Positions 14,521 to 27,529 of a stretch of DNA of 64,000 nucleotides are shown piece after piece. Numbering within the stretch: position 1 is the first letter of the stretch; the number at the start of each line of letters is the position of its first letter. The stretch is from Antedon mediterranea. Taxonomy: Eukaryota; Animalia; Echinodermata. Location: positions 15,385,045 through 15,449,044 of the forward strand of contig NC_092680.1 in the NCBI RefSeq assembly GCF_964355755.1, in the 5' to 3' direction. The notes below the pieces were generated by a model. It saw only the letters and a program-made list of their open reading frames with translations. It did no database searches and was not told the origin of the DNA. Both the position numbers and the translations under genes were made by a program.

Positions 14521-16205
14521 ATATACGTTATGTTATTTACATTTTAACTTCGGGACAAATCTTCGCCTTGGATACCTATCTTATCTATCTCAGATTTCTA
14601 TCTATCTTTCTATCTTAGGAAGATATTATAAAGAGTTTTAGGCTATAACAAAATGTATGATTTCATTGGTAGATTTTTAACTCTACGCGCGGTAGAAGTA
14701 ATTTCCGGGTTCACGGTAAGGTGTATCAATCACCTTGCAACTAAGTTGGCCGTTGGTGGCTTTAGCTATTTTAGTTTTTTTTTTATTTTCGGACCGCGCG
14801 TTTGAAGATATATACATACACATCAAATTAAATATATTCATAAGACATATGAGTATATTGTGGGGAATAAGTATAAAAAATTACATCGAGAAAACTGATG
14901 ATAAGAGCTTTTGTTTGAAATCGGAGGAAACCCCGATAGCCGAGTTTTTTAGTAAGCTGCCAGGACTTTATGTACTGTGCGCTATCTGTGTCCCGTTCGG
15001 CCCCTGGGATACTTCTGCCCATGATGCAAGCCGTCTAAAACGTCTTCCTTCTTAGGCCAAAACGGCTCACTGTATCGCAAAATAATGTATTAATTATACC
15101 AATTAGGATGGTATTTATTTGAATAAACGCCCGGAACATCATTTAATAATTACCCCCCCCCCCCGCCCCCTACCATCTAATAAACGTCCATCCACATTTA
15201 TACACACACTATTGTACTATACTTATAACACAATTTATACTAATTTTAGTAGAACTGCTATCTACAATTTACCAATCATTTGTTATTCTTTTTTGCCACT
15301 TTTTATATCTACTAGAGGAATTTCTAAAACCTTTTTATCATTCCGAGAACCATCGTCTGCACTTCCTAGAGGAAGAACTTCGTCTACAAACTCTAGTAAA
15401 TACGATGAATACTAAAAACGTATAAACATCTTTTGAGCTACTAACATTTTGGATTTTTTTATAAAATAAAATAATGTTTGATTTGGCTGTAAACTAGATC
15501 GAATTTATTATCATGCAGTCAACTTACTAAGAGTATTACATTGAAATACGATTGATAATAAGAAATAAAGCATAATAATTATTCGTTCTAGTCTGAGGTA
15601 GTTTATAAGTCTTTTATTTTGTAGTGAATTGTATCTGAATTGTTATTCAACAGTAATTTAGTTGTACATACATCCATTACCAATGTATATTATTGTAAAA
15701 GCGGTAGAAGCAGGACAACTGTTAACTATGATGATTTAACGAACTTTTATACCTACCTGATTAACAATGAATAACTCTAATTCAGGTCAAGTCATCACAC
15801 AATATTATACAATGTTGACGTTTTAGTGAATTCAATAAAAGATCAATAGGATTTTCTCGACGTTATTGTGAAAATCGCAAACAGAATACTTTATTGCGCA
15901 TATAAAAGGAAAATATTTTCTTAGAAAAGAATGGTTGCTAACCTAACGTGTGTGTTAAAAAGCAAAAACAAACTTTTCAAACAATATCAGCCATAATAAT
16001 AAATTCTTCAAGGTTATTTTCTTGTTATATTATTGAAAGATACAACAGGTCATTTACTCCATTAAAAGTATAGTAGGCCTAATATATCCATTACTTTTAC
16101 CAGAATAATTAACAATAGTATTTATTTATGATGATGCTGATTTAAACGTTACAATTGGTATTATTATAATTTTGTGAAATCACAAGACTTGAATTCGGTG
16201 AACTA

Positions 16206-16348
16206 AGGCTCTGTCTACTCTATTAAAACTAGTTTTACAAAACAAAAAGTGTGATGAGCCCAATTATTGTATAGTGATAATATGGCCAAATAGTGATATA
16301 ACATCACTTTTTTTTCACATAAAGTTTGATAGTGTGGACAGAGCTTTA
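16206..16348. mobile_element. Small MITE
   Basis: Imperfect TIRs AAGGCTCTGTCTACTCTATTAAAACT / AGTTTGATAGTGTGGACAGAGCTTT. Confidence 0.6.
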
Positions 16349-16539
16349 GAATTATTGTCACCCGGGTTGGTAAAAAGTACGCTAAGTAGTCATGTGTGAA
16401 CTAAAAATACCTTCCAATAATTTTTCTATTTGTATACGATTATTTAGAAACGTTTGACTGTAATTTAAATTTCATCGCGTTAGTAAAGCAATACAATGAC
16501 ATGATACGTCGTGATTGAACTCTGCTACTCTTATCAATT

Positions 16540-17310
16540 TTTAGTCGCGTGGAAGCGACTCTATAGTTCACTATGTCGGTCGGTTGGTCGGTCTGTCTGT
16601 CTGTCTGTCGGTCTGTCTGTCGGTCCGGTATCACTATGCGTTTTATCGCTTTCTGACCTTATCTTGATATCAGTTTAATCTAGCTAGGTCAATTTTTCAC
16701 AGTATATTCCTTATGGCCAGGAATCAATGTGGTTATGTTTTCACGGTGCGCAATAAAAAATTACGCGGTCTACGCACGATTTAACGAAATCACGTTTGTA
16801 ATCATATCTTCACAACCATGAATCACAATTAAATAAAATTTGGTACTCATAAATTTCAGGGCATAAATCATCATATGGCAATACAATTACGTGCGAAGCG
16901 CATGTAACGCATGTGTACGCGCGCTTAAAATTTTCAAAATTTATTTTCGATGAAATAAGAGTACATTTCAGGCAATTTTAAGCGTTTACAAAATTGCCAT
17001 GCGTGCGCATACTTTTGCGCGCGCACTGCGCGTTAAATGTTATTGCGCACTCTTTTTGCCCGATTTCTGTTTTCTTGACTTACTTTTCAACTCGAAATTA
17101 CGTTATACGAGCACGTCGAAAGTGACACGAAAAAAATATAAATGTTTTTAAACATTTCAACATTTTTAAACATGTTCAGTAATTTCGGTCAGTATAGTTC
17201 ACTATGTCGGTCGGTCGGTCTGTCTGTCTGTCGGTCTGTCTGTCGGTCTGTCTGTCGGTCCGGTATCACTATGCATTGTAGCACGCGACTTAATGGCTGT
17301 TGGCCTTGTT
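16540..17310 (+). mobile_element. Non-autonomous Helentron/DINE-1-like element
   Basis: SubTIR AGTCGCGT...ACGCGACT, (GTCT/GTCG)n microsatellite blocks, 3' hairpin ending GGCCTTGTT, T-rich insertion site. Confidence 0.7.
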
Positions 17311-18469
17311 ATTTTACACTGCCCTGTTGTGTCTATTCGTTTTCATACTACTCATATTTCCCGTTTTAAAAGAGTCGAAGATCGTTTTGTCAGTGTCCAT
17401 TTGTCTTCCTTCTCTTGTTTTTGCTGTTCCGTTTTTTTTCGCGTGTGTGTTTATTTGTCTTTCTGTTTGTTTGTTAGAGGATTACTCAAGTTATTGTCAG
17501 GTCTTTACCAAACCACAGATAGATATGTGGTCAAGGACATACATTTTTTTAGGTAATCCAGAGCAGGATCCCAATTCTGGATCACTTTTTAGGCCTATTA
17601 TTATTTTCAGACCTGCTAATGTTAAAAGATAGGAGAACATTTTTGGCCATCTGGTACTGAGCAATCTTTTTTTTTATCTTTTGTGGTTCACCACCACCTT
17701 TATTCATTCATTGTTTCAGTTACACATAATTTCTAAACATTTTCTACTTTTTTTTTCATTTTTTTCCTGCTTTTTCCCGTCAATAATATCAAGTATAATT
17801 TTAGAGCAGAGCAGGATTCCAATTCTGGACCACTTTTTATTATTATTTTCAGACCTGCTAATGTTAAAATATAGGATTACATTTTCAAAAGCCCTGTAGT
17901 ATCATACCATTATTGAACAATACTTTTTTGTTAAATCTGTATAATTACTAAACATTACAAAGTGTTTATTATTATTATTCAATTTTTGTTAAATAATCTA
18001 AATATAGAATCAATTGTATATTATTCAAAATTACAAACTTGTTTACCCATTAACTGTGCCTTTACAGTCTACCTAACTACATACATTAAATACTTAGTAT
18101 GATTTACACTGATATGATGATACTACTAGTATTGAAGTCCGTTTACAATTTGACAAAACTACCATTGTAATCATGACCACGGTTTTTGGAGAATGAATTA
18201 TTGCAAAGCACTAGAACAAAATATAGCCTTTCTCAAATAAAAGAAATCAATACAAAACAACTGCTGCTGCTGCTACTACTGCCACTGCATCCATATAAGA
18301 TCTGCTAATTTTACTATAAATTATCCATCAAAAGTCTTAAAGGTTCATTTTAGTTTTTTCGTTCTGCTTATAGTTCAATACTTCTGTACGGCAATTTATT
18401 TATTTTTCTTAATGTGAAACAAACGCGAATGAAAGTTTTTGCTTTAACGTCCATTTAAACAGGAAATAA

Positions 18470-19250
18470 ACTTCTTCTTCTTCTTTCTTGGAAATCCAAG
18501 AAACATTTATTATATATGGCCTTTGGCCCAAATAATATACAATGTAATAGTTAAATAAATATCATTTGAGTGCGTTTAAAAATTCTGTTCTACGTTTAAT
18601 TGAAAAAAAAACCCAATATTTTCCAAGTTTATCAATAAGATCAGTATTTGTGGTAGACATAAGATAAGTATAATTATTTTAACTTAGTTGGGTTGTTTGT
18701 ATAAAAGGAAAGCATATATTTAGAATTGCTGTCGTTCAAAGCCTTTGTTTAAAATTTGAAATAAAAGTATATATATTATTGACCTGTTGTGAGTACCATA
18801 TGTTACCAAATCCATTTATGAATAGTATTTGTTTTACGTCATTGGCCCAACATTGCTCATTTCTTTGAGCTTTTCGATATTGAAAATCACAACATTGTTT
18901 AATAAATTTGTCTAATAAATTTGTCTAATAAATTTGTTTAATACATTTGTCATTATCCATTTGGATTACTCTTATCCAGTAACGAATTATATTAATAATA
19001 ATTTGAATTTGAACCTTCTCTAATACTGATATATCATTTAAACCCTATATTTCGCTACCATAAAGTAAGATTGGCATAATCTTAACATCAAATATATGGT
19101 TCCATATATTAACTTTGAGGTTACCAGAACGCCTATGGGTCAATCCCTTTAATGTAAACAAAGCCTTATTAGCTTATTGACAACTGTGTTCTTTGCCTTT
19201 ATTCCAATTACCATTTGAGTTAAAAACAACTCCTAAATATTTAATTTTGG
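18470..19250 (-). mobile_element. Degenerate LINE (CR1/L2 group) RT C-terminal fragment and 3' end
   Basis: Minus strand reads KYLGVVFNSNGNW...IFDVKIMPILLYGSEI*G with stops, followed by AATAAA and a (GAA)n tail near 18470. Confidence 0.75.
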
Positions 19251-19756
19251 TATTATAATTGCAACCATAATAACGTGTATTTACAGTGATTTTGACAAAA
19301 AAAACAATGTAATAATATTAATTATAAAATATATACAGTGATTATTTACAGTAATGATAATAATAAAAATTAATTGTTTAAATTGACTATTATTGGAAAC
19401 AGAAGTTGAATAATAAAATACTGAATAAATACAAAGTTTCATTAGAGGTTTACAATCAATGGAAAAGATGAATACATATAATATTTTAAGTATGACAAAG
19501 CAAACCCTTAACCCTAATTAGGCCTAACGTATTCAATTTATGGAAATAAGTTGTAACTTTTATTTTGAACATTCACATATATGATGTTGGATGCAACAAT
19601 ACCTTCTTAGCATAAATACATCATGGAGAAATGTATATGTGAATGCTTTCCCATGCTAAACTATGATGATACTAGTATTTAACCTATATTTAAAAAAGTC
19701 CGTGTATAATATATGACAAGACTATCAAAAGCCATAACCATGTTTATGAAAAACAA

Positions 19757-22700
19757 TTATGGCAAAGCACAGGAGCAATATGCAACCACAGTCTCTGAAA
19801 AAAAAAAGATACAATTTTGTAAATACAAACCAAATTGAACAGTCTTATTGTGATACGCCTATATACTACTACTTTCAAATTACCTGTCTCACAGGTTGGA
19901 CCCGAAAACCCTGGAGGGCATTTACAGATGTGTTTACTATCCTCAGCAGTACAAGTGCCACCATTCAAGCATCCAGTACCACATTCATCAATTTCTGAAG
20001 ACGTTTAATAAAGAAAATGTTATACATTTGACACTAAAAATTTCTATACTAGTGTATTCGAATTCAATACACACTAAACACTTGGGAATGGATGATATTT
20101 TAAGTAAATCATTGGTAGCTAATAGCCCAGTCAACATTGAAATATTGATTTTTTTTTTCTATATTCCAAGACAAAACATTTGTTTTATAGATATTTGTTA
20201 ATGTTTCGGGTGATATAAGATAAACTCACTGATGGACGGGGGATGTTTAATTTCAGAAAAGGTGGAAAAGTGGAAATTTGATGTCGTCTTGCACAAATTG
20301 CAACCGTTATGTGAGTTAACGCAAGAAGTTTCGTTGATTACATTGACTAAAGTAATATCCTGATATGTTAATTTTAATAAATATTACTCTTTGAAGAAAG
20401 GCTCGTTGAATGTCCAAATACAATACAGTGATAAATATTAGTTTCTGTTGATTGAGGGAATATTGGTTAAGTCGAGGTTATGCTATGATAAAACGTCAAT
20501 TACTTCACTTATTCCATTTCATTAAAAAAAAGAAGAAAGAAATGCACTGTGAACCTCACATCCACTTCCTGCCTCTATACATGTTGTGCAATTTTTTAAT
20601 ATATAATTTATTTCGTGTATTTCAAAATTGACAAATATCATTTTGTCTTCGTTTGTTCAATTTTAAAACAACATTTTTCATAGGCACGATGACAGATTAT
20701 TTATATTGCGGAGGGCAGTGTTCGGTCGTACCAATTAAAGTCTTTCAGAAATTTGACATGGTTAATAACTTACTTGGTGTATCATACAATAATTAAAGAA
20801 GTCATTTGTGTTTTTGTGTTGAAAGGATCTACTTATCGATATTAATATATATATACTAATAACTTGATTTGGTTAGCTTTAATTGTTTAAAAACATTATT
20901 GATAATGTTGTACTTACCGTCATCACAATTAAGCCCAAAGCATGTGCCTTCTATGCACTTGCCAGTCACTCGGTGACATTCACATTCCTTATTACATTCG
21001 ATTTCACAGTTTTCCCTATAAAAGTTTTGTTGACATTCTACAATAAATGAAATCAATCATAGTATACACAAATAATACATTTTTATTTAGTTGGATGATG
21101 AGAATATTTCTTGAAATATAAAGCAGTCAATTTTTCATCGAATGAAATATTCTCTCCATCCATTCAAATACAAAGCATGCATTATGTTTTATAAAGCACT
21201 AGCTTTTATTCCATTTATCAATCGAAAATATTGAAAATGCTAGGAAGGGAAGCTAGGGACTACCATTAAAAAAACAGTGCCCCAACTTTAGACGCGGAGT
21301 AAAACAGTTATAGACAGCGCGCACAAATTGATGTCCAAATCATTCAACAACGTCGCGTGGCAAACATTTTCAAAACGTTGACAGAAAGCTGAACGTACAT
21401 TAGATTCCGTTAATTATCACCATTATATATCACTTTTTCGTTAGATAGGGCTAATTAAAAATGAAACATGATGGTTGATGTAGTTCTAATCAATAAGCGC
21501 ATATAAAGTTGCACATGTATCAATTGTAGATTTATAGCCGTATCAATTAATTTTCTAAAGATACATTTTTATGTTACTTTGACAATTGGTTCCTGTCCAT
21601 GGGGGCGCACATGACGAGTCTTGGGTGTCAGTGCATCTTCCTTTATATCGATCACAACCACCTTGTTTACAATGACATGTTTGAGCACAGTCTGCACCAA
21701 ATGTACCCGACGAACACTCTGTGTAAAATGAACGATTAGAAAAAACTATTAATAGGCTAAATAAAGACTACATACATCACACATTTGAATTTATGTTAAA
21801 ATGGTACAGTTTGAATTAAGTAAAACTAACAACGAACTATTGATTATTAACAGATAATTATATTGTACACCTAAAAAAAACATCTTTTTTAAAATTAATT
21901 TTTGTCACATATTATTTTTTCACATTTACCAATATTTACCTAAAAATAACTGTAATTTAGAGGGGAAAAACGTTCTAAAAGAAAATATTTTTTATTGTGT
22001 TAAATTTAACTTAAATGTTGTCTTTTTAAAAACTAAATCATTTTTGCTTGTTTTTTTTTCTACGGAAGTTTATTACAATTTACCTGTATCGCATTTTAAA
22101 CCTTTGTAGCCGGTAACACAGCTACATCCATATGGATCAGGTAAGCAGAACTGAAAGTTTCTACATGAAGTAAGTCTACTTTGGCTGCTACATCGATTTT
22201 CACAATTCCAACCATGTCTATTGCCGCCGCATTCTAAATAACGAACGAATTATGCAAATTAATTGATGAATATTAATTAACTTAGTGTATTATTATTGTT
22301 ATAATAAGTTAAATTTAACTAAATTAATAATATAATATTTCCTAAACAACTGAATACTGCTATCATGCCTTCTTCTTTCAACAAGTGAAGGTTTTGCCAC
22401 CGGATATGAAAAACTAATGGTGAACAACGATACGAAACTAAGATGAATATAAATTCGTTGAATTAATGTTTGAATACTTTTTAGAATCTAAATTCCTGAT
22501 ATATCTGTTTACACAATCAAGTATTATTAATTTTATTGTTTTTTAGATTTTAATTTGTATTATATTGTTGTTTATTAATAACAATGATGATGTTAGGTAT
22601 GCTGCAGTTCTCACCAGTTTCACATGTAGATCCCAGAAATCCAGGTGCGCAGATACATAATCCTGTTTTATCATCACATACGCCTCCATTATAGCAGTAT

Positions 22701-25700
22701 TCACAGTCACCAGTGCAGTTAGGTGGACCCCATCTGTGACGTGGGCACTCTGAATAAATTCAATACAAATTACTAATCGATACAAAAGAAAACAACAAAA
22801 GATGAAAGTTAAACAGTAACGCTTTGTTTACTTCCTATTTTCAAAAGATTTCACAATGCTGTTTGTCGTCGTTTAAAATGACAATCATAGCTTTATGTTA
22901 CATCTTTTCCTTCCAAGGTTACATAATTTACCTCGTACAATTAACTTGATAAACGAGTGCCTACGATCTTCCCGGTTACCATCCTCATACATCTCGTAAA
23001 CCCCAGCATCACTGGTCGCCACAGAGCCAAAGGTAACGCTTTTTTCTGCTCCAATCTTAAATACAGAAGAACCATCTTTCCTCCACGCTAGAGAACTGCT
23101 TAATAAAGTATTGAACGTAATTGTAACATTATCTCCTTCATTTACAGTTACTGTGTTTTTAGAATTTCCAGGCGTTATTAAGGCTGTTTATGCAAAAAAA
23201 GAGTTAAAGCAAATTTATATTTCATTTAAATTAATTAAAGTCAAATAGAATACAAGAACCAACAAGTATATGTAATAATGTACAAATAATGAATGTTTAT
23301 GAGTGTAATGGTACAAATAATGGCACGAGGTGAATGATAAAAGGTTATATTTCAACGAGGCGATGAACCGAGTTGAAATATAACCTTTCATCATTCACCA
23401 AGTGCCATTAATTGTACCATTACACGAATACAAAACATTCATTATTTTTTTTATATAACATCTAAATAAATTCTTGTAATTTGAATCAAAGGTTATACAT
23501 ACTGTATATATAATGATCATCAATTTATTATTATTATTGTGTTTCTGTGAATTAAAAATTTGATTATAGAAGTCATCTTATTGTATATAATCGAGTAAAC
23601 TTTGTTAGTGTAACATATGATGATGATACATGAAACCTCATTGTAAAATGTTGAGAGATTAATAATAATTCACAACAAAAACCCACAAAAAGGGGAAAAA
23701 CACAGAAATGTGATAGGCCTTACCATCTTCTCTTATTTTTGTAGTTTGTACAGCAGTGGTGACGCCATTGTTCACTATCTTGCAATAGTATACTCCCATG
23801 CCAAAGACCTCTGTAACATACCACCTACGATCTGCTCCCGACACGTCCCATGCTATTTCACTAACAGCCTCACCATTTGCTACTGCAAATGATCTACCAT
23901 AACTCAAAGTATAACCAGTAAATGCGGTAGGTATGTAGCATTGATAATTCGTATTAGAGTTACTTTGTGGTCCTAAATTCAATACTGTTATATAATCACC
24001 ATTTCCTAGAAGAAAACATAATAACAACATACTGGGTAAAAAATCCAAATATACAAAAAATGTATTATTTAGTAAAAACTATTTCTGTAAGTAGTAACGT
24101 TGTTGGGTTTGGTTCATTTATTTTTTAGTAGAGGGTTATGTATCGATGAAATCATAAATCGTTGGCTATAGTATACACATTTGATTATATCCTTGCTACT
24201 TGAGTTGTTCCGTACATAACTCCAACATGATAGTAATGTCATGTTGAGATTTTTATTTAATAAAGTTCACCTTAAGTTCGTATGCTACTGTGTCTTGTAA
24301 AGCATTTAATTTATTTTTTGCATTCATTAAATAAAAATAATACTTTTATTTGTCGAGAAGAGATTTTGTTGTTTAAATAAACTTCGTCTTGTTGAATATC
24401 AATATTCAACTTAAACTCTCAGCATTATTGTAACTCATAAACATACACTGTTATCTGCTTATCTTTTGTTAAGTTCCCTCAACTTTATTTCATTTCAAAA
24501 GATAATCATTAATTGATTAATAAATAATCTTATTATATGTATGTATTATATATTTAAATTCATACATTTACATTACATGCAAATTGAAAGAACATTAATT
24601 CTAACTCGCCCGGTGATATACTGAAAATATATTATTTTGAAACGATAAGATGAGCAAATCTGTGAGAATGAGAAAAAGTATGATTTATATACAATTTACA
24701 CAGTTTGCAACACAATTGCGACTATTGATTCGAACCCGGAACCTTCTGCTTAATATGCAGATGTCCTAACCATTAGACCACTGAGCCTTTCATGGTTTAG
24801 TTCAAACCCTGAATTGATCAGCACTATAGTCCCTCACCATCGCACACAAGAGATCAAATTGATACGCCCTCATATAGTTTTAATCATTTTATGATAAAAG
24901 CTTTTAATCTGTATTTTGCCAGTTTCAAATGTATTTCCATTTTATATTACTATGGACAATAAAATAATATCAGTATCAGTATTTTCAGTATTTTATTCAC
25001 GAAGCGGAATCTCTGAAGAGATACGTTTATATATAAACATTAGGTCTACAGGCACAGAATAAATTCTAAACCACTCGGTGAAATATTGAAATTTAATTCA
25101 TTAATTTGAAACGATATCAAAAATAAATAAAATAGAATAATAAAAAACTCAATAACTATTTGTTTGTAGAGTATAGCAATATCAATGCGTTCCGTTAACT
25201 CTTCTTTTTAGTGTTTTCCCCTTTTTTTTATTTCTGTTTATTTGCACTATTTGCATACATTGTTTGTATACTTTTAAAAAATAGTTCATAATACATCCTA
25301 CGCTATTACATGGTACATGGACTAGTGTCAAAAGGAGAAGTTATATATAATTCTCTCGACTACAGACCTCTCAATTTGGAAAAATGAAATATCGTAAAGA
25401 TTTTTAAAGCGTATCCAAACTCATGAGGGCGCTAATACACTTTTGAATATTACATCAGCCCATAGAGGGCGGTATTAAAATTAGAATTAGTGTCTATAAT
25501 GTGGTGCCTTAGGGTCAGGATCGTGACATGGATGACAACGTTTTCAAATTGTGGACATTGTTTACTAGGGCATAAAGACTCGAAAAATCACTGTAGCAAA
25601 AACAAAATAAATATTTTCAAAATGGCGGCAAAAAAGGGTATATATCTTGGTAAACGGTAACCAGTTCATGTTAGTGTCAAAATGCTTGGAACATAGACTT

Positions 25701-27529
25701 TTCTATTCACTCTAATACACAATTTGGTTAGGATTATCTTTGTCTGTTAGAAGAGATAAATTTCTTATTATATTATATAGGTTCGGGTAGGGTTTCTGGA
25801 CTGCAGCACAGTTCATAACTGTATTTTAATAAATACTCGTCACAATGATCGCTTGTGCTTCAGACATCAAGGACACAAGGTTTTTTTCCATTCTATAGCA
25901 ATCAGGTTACCCCGTGTCTGGGACCAGCTTCCCAGACCGTTGACAGATGCTGCAGTCCTAGAAAGCCCATCAGCCTTCATTAGAAAAGTTCATATTCATT
26001 TTGATTCGCTGTAACGGTATTTTGTCTTTACGTCTTTTATGTGTAAACTGACTTTGGGGTTGGGTCAACCGGCTCAGCTACAGTGATTAAGTTCACCTTG
26101 GTCTCCCCAATTTCATTTTTTTTTTATATACTTAAATAGACCAAATAAATAATGAAATGAAATGAAATGAAACTATTTTATTAGACCAAATAGTAACATA
26201 TATGTCGTTAGCAATCGCATTTCTCTACTACAAGTAGTTAAGATAATGAGCATATTAGGGTAAAAGATCACAATTCCGGAAATGGTGATTTCGGCTATTT
26301 TCTGACAAAATTGTATTAGAGTGAATAGAAACATATTATATATTCTGAGCATCTTGACATTAAAATGAACTTTCTACCTATACCAATTACCAAGATATAG
26401 ACTTTATAGATTTTGAAAATGTACAAATGGTTATAGTATACAATTTTAAAATACATACATAGCACCCTTATGTTGTTATTCGCCCTCTATAGATGCGACG
26501 AAAAGCCTACCTTCTAGTAATATTATTATTAGTGTAGGATTATTGATGGAAATTCTTCTGTTCAATTACAAGGCCTATGCCTAAGTGAATATTGTATTGC
26601 CAAGGAATAAATTAATTAATAATTATCTGTACATTATTCTTCGCAATGTAAGCTGAACGCAACGCCTACCTAGGCATGCTTATTATCTACCGGATATTCT
26701 ACTGGTTGTTGGCTATAATATAACATATATCGTTTTTTATATTGGTAAAATAGGCCTCTCGGGAATGATATTTTGCTCTCGTGAATATATATTTCCCTCA
26801 GCTTGCGCTCCGAGAAATATATATTCCCTCAAGAAAAATGTCATTCACTCGGGATGTCAAATCTTATATTTCCCCTCTAAGCAGGCAATATCTGTATAGT
26901 AAAACTCTTCTATTTGTATGTTTCTAAAATCGTATTAGTCGCTTGCAAACGTCCGACCAAAATGTCGGTCGTTTGGTCGGTTGGTTGGTCAGTCAGTCGG
27001 TTTGTCGGTCGTTAAACACTAACTTAAATTTGCGCACGCGATTGCAGTCATGTATATGGCCTTGTTTATATAGAGCCTAGAGGTAGTAGAAATTATAAAG
27101 TGTTGTATAATTTTTTTGTCTATCCAATTGGGAAAACATTTGTTTTAGTGGGAGAACCGGAGATGACACAACGTATTGGGAGACTCCCGCCATTATCGGG
27201 AGAGTGTTGGGAAATACAACTACTGTACAACATTATTTTACTTTTTAATTTCACTTTATGAAGTATCTTGTGTTAGAATAGATTGTTGTATTTTTTGAGA
27301 AAACTTTAATAAAATAACTAATGTTGTAATATCAATCAGATGCTATTCCACTAAGTTTTATAGTTCATTATATGACAGTAACAAGAGAATATAAGATACC
27401 ATTCTGCAGGGGTCGGATTCTTCTTCTTCTCATAACATAAAAATGGATGTTTGCATCTTCCTCAAAAGAATGTTTAGACTTACCAAGACAAATAATGGCT
27501 TGAAGGAGGATTGCAACTGCAACAATCAT
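19757..27529 (-). CDS. Tie/angiopoietin-receptor-like ectodomain protein (signal peptide, Ig, Ig, 5 EGF-like), apparently without TM or kinase, about 424 aa
   Basis: Exons joined by phase-1 introns: 27529-27484 (signal MIVAVAILLQAIICLG), 24005-23724, 23183-22932 (Ig: WRKDG, DAGVYE), 22749-22615 (CYNGGVCDDKTGLCICAPGFLG), 22233-22084 (Tie hallmark CLPDPYGCSC), 21718-21578, 21037-20918, 19994-19884. The terminal exon 19794-19757 is tentative. Confidence 0.82.
23284..23450. repeat. Long hairpin/palindromic interspersed element (related hairpins near 39745-39880 and 26755-26855)
   Basis: GTGTAATGGTACAAATAATGGCAC..GGTTATATTTCAAC-loop-GTTGAAATATAACC..GTGCCATTAATTGTACCATTACAC. Confidence 0.7.
24715..24790 (-). 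mobile_element. tRNA-like SINE head
   Basis: Minus strand GGCTCAGTGGTCTAATGGTTAGGAC...GGTTCGAATC gives A and B boxes, but there is no intact acceptor stem. Confidence 0.55.
25790..26172 (+). mobile_element. LINE 3'-end remnant
   Basis: Degraded FF...WDQLP..L-type RT C-terminus, followed by AATAAA and a (GAAAT)n tail. Confidence 0.5.
26935..27066 (+). mobile_element. Short Helentron/DINE-1-like element
   Basis: TTAGTCGC...(GTCG/GTTG)n...GCACGCGA...GGCCTTGTT; same family as 16540 and 29243. Confidence 0.65.

Noticed and set aside
16440-17632. ORFs with TDRQ / SVCR repeats
   Set aside because: They derive from the (GTCT)n microsatellite of the Helentron-like element and its flank.
17555-17880. 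75-bp direct repeat (CAGAGCAGGAT.CCAATTCTGGA...)
   Set aside because: Local duplication within probable TE debris; nothing suggests function.
24715-24790. Possible tRNA genes here and at 14008 and 38095
   Set aside because: A and B boxes are present but no complete cloverleaf, and 14008 and 38095 continue into SINE-like bodies.
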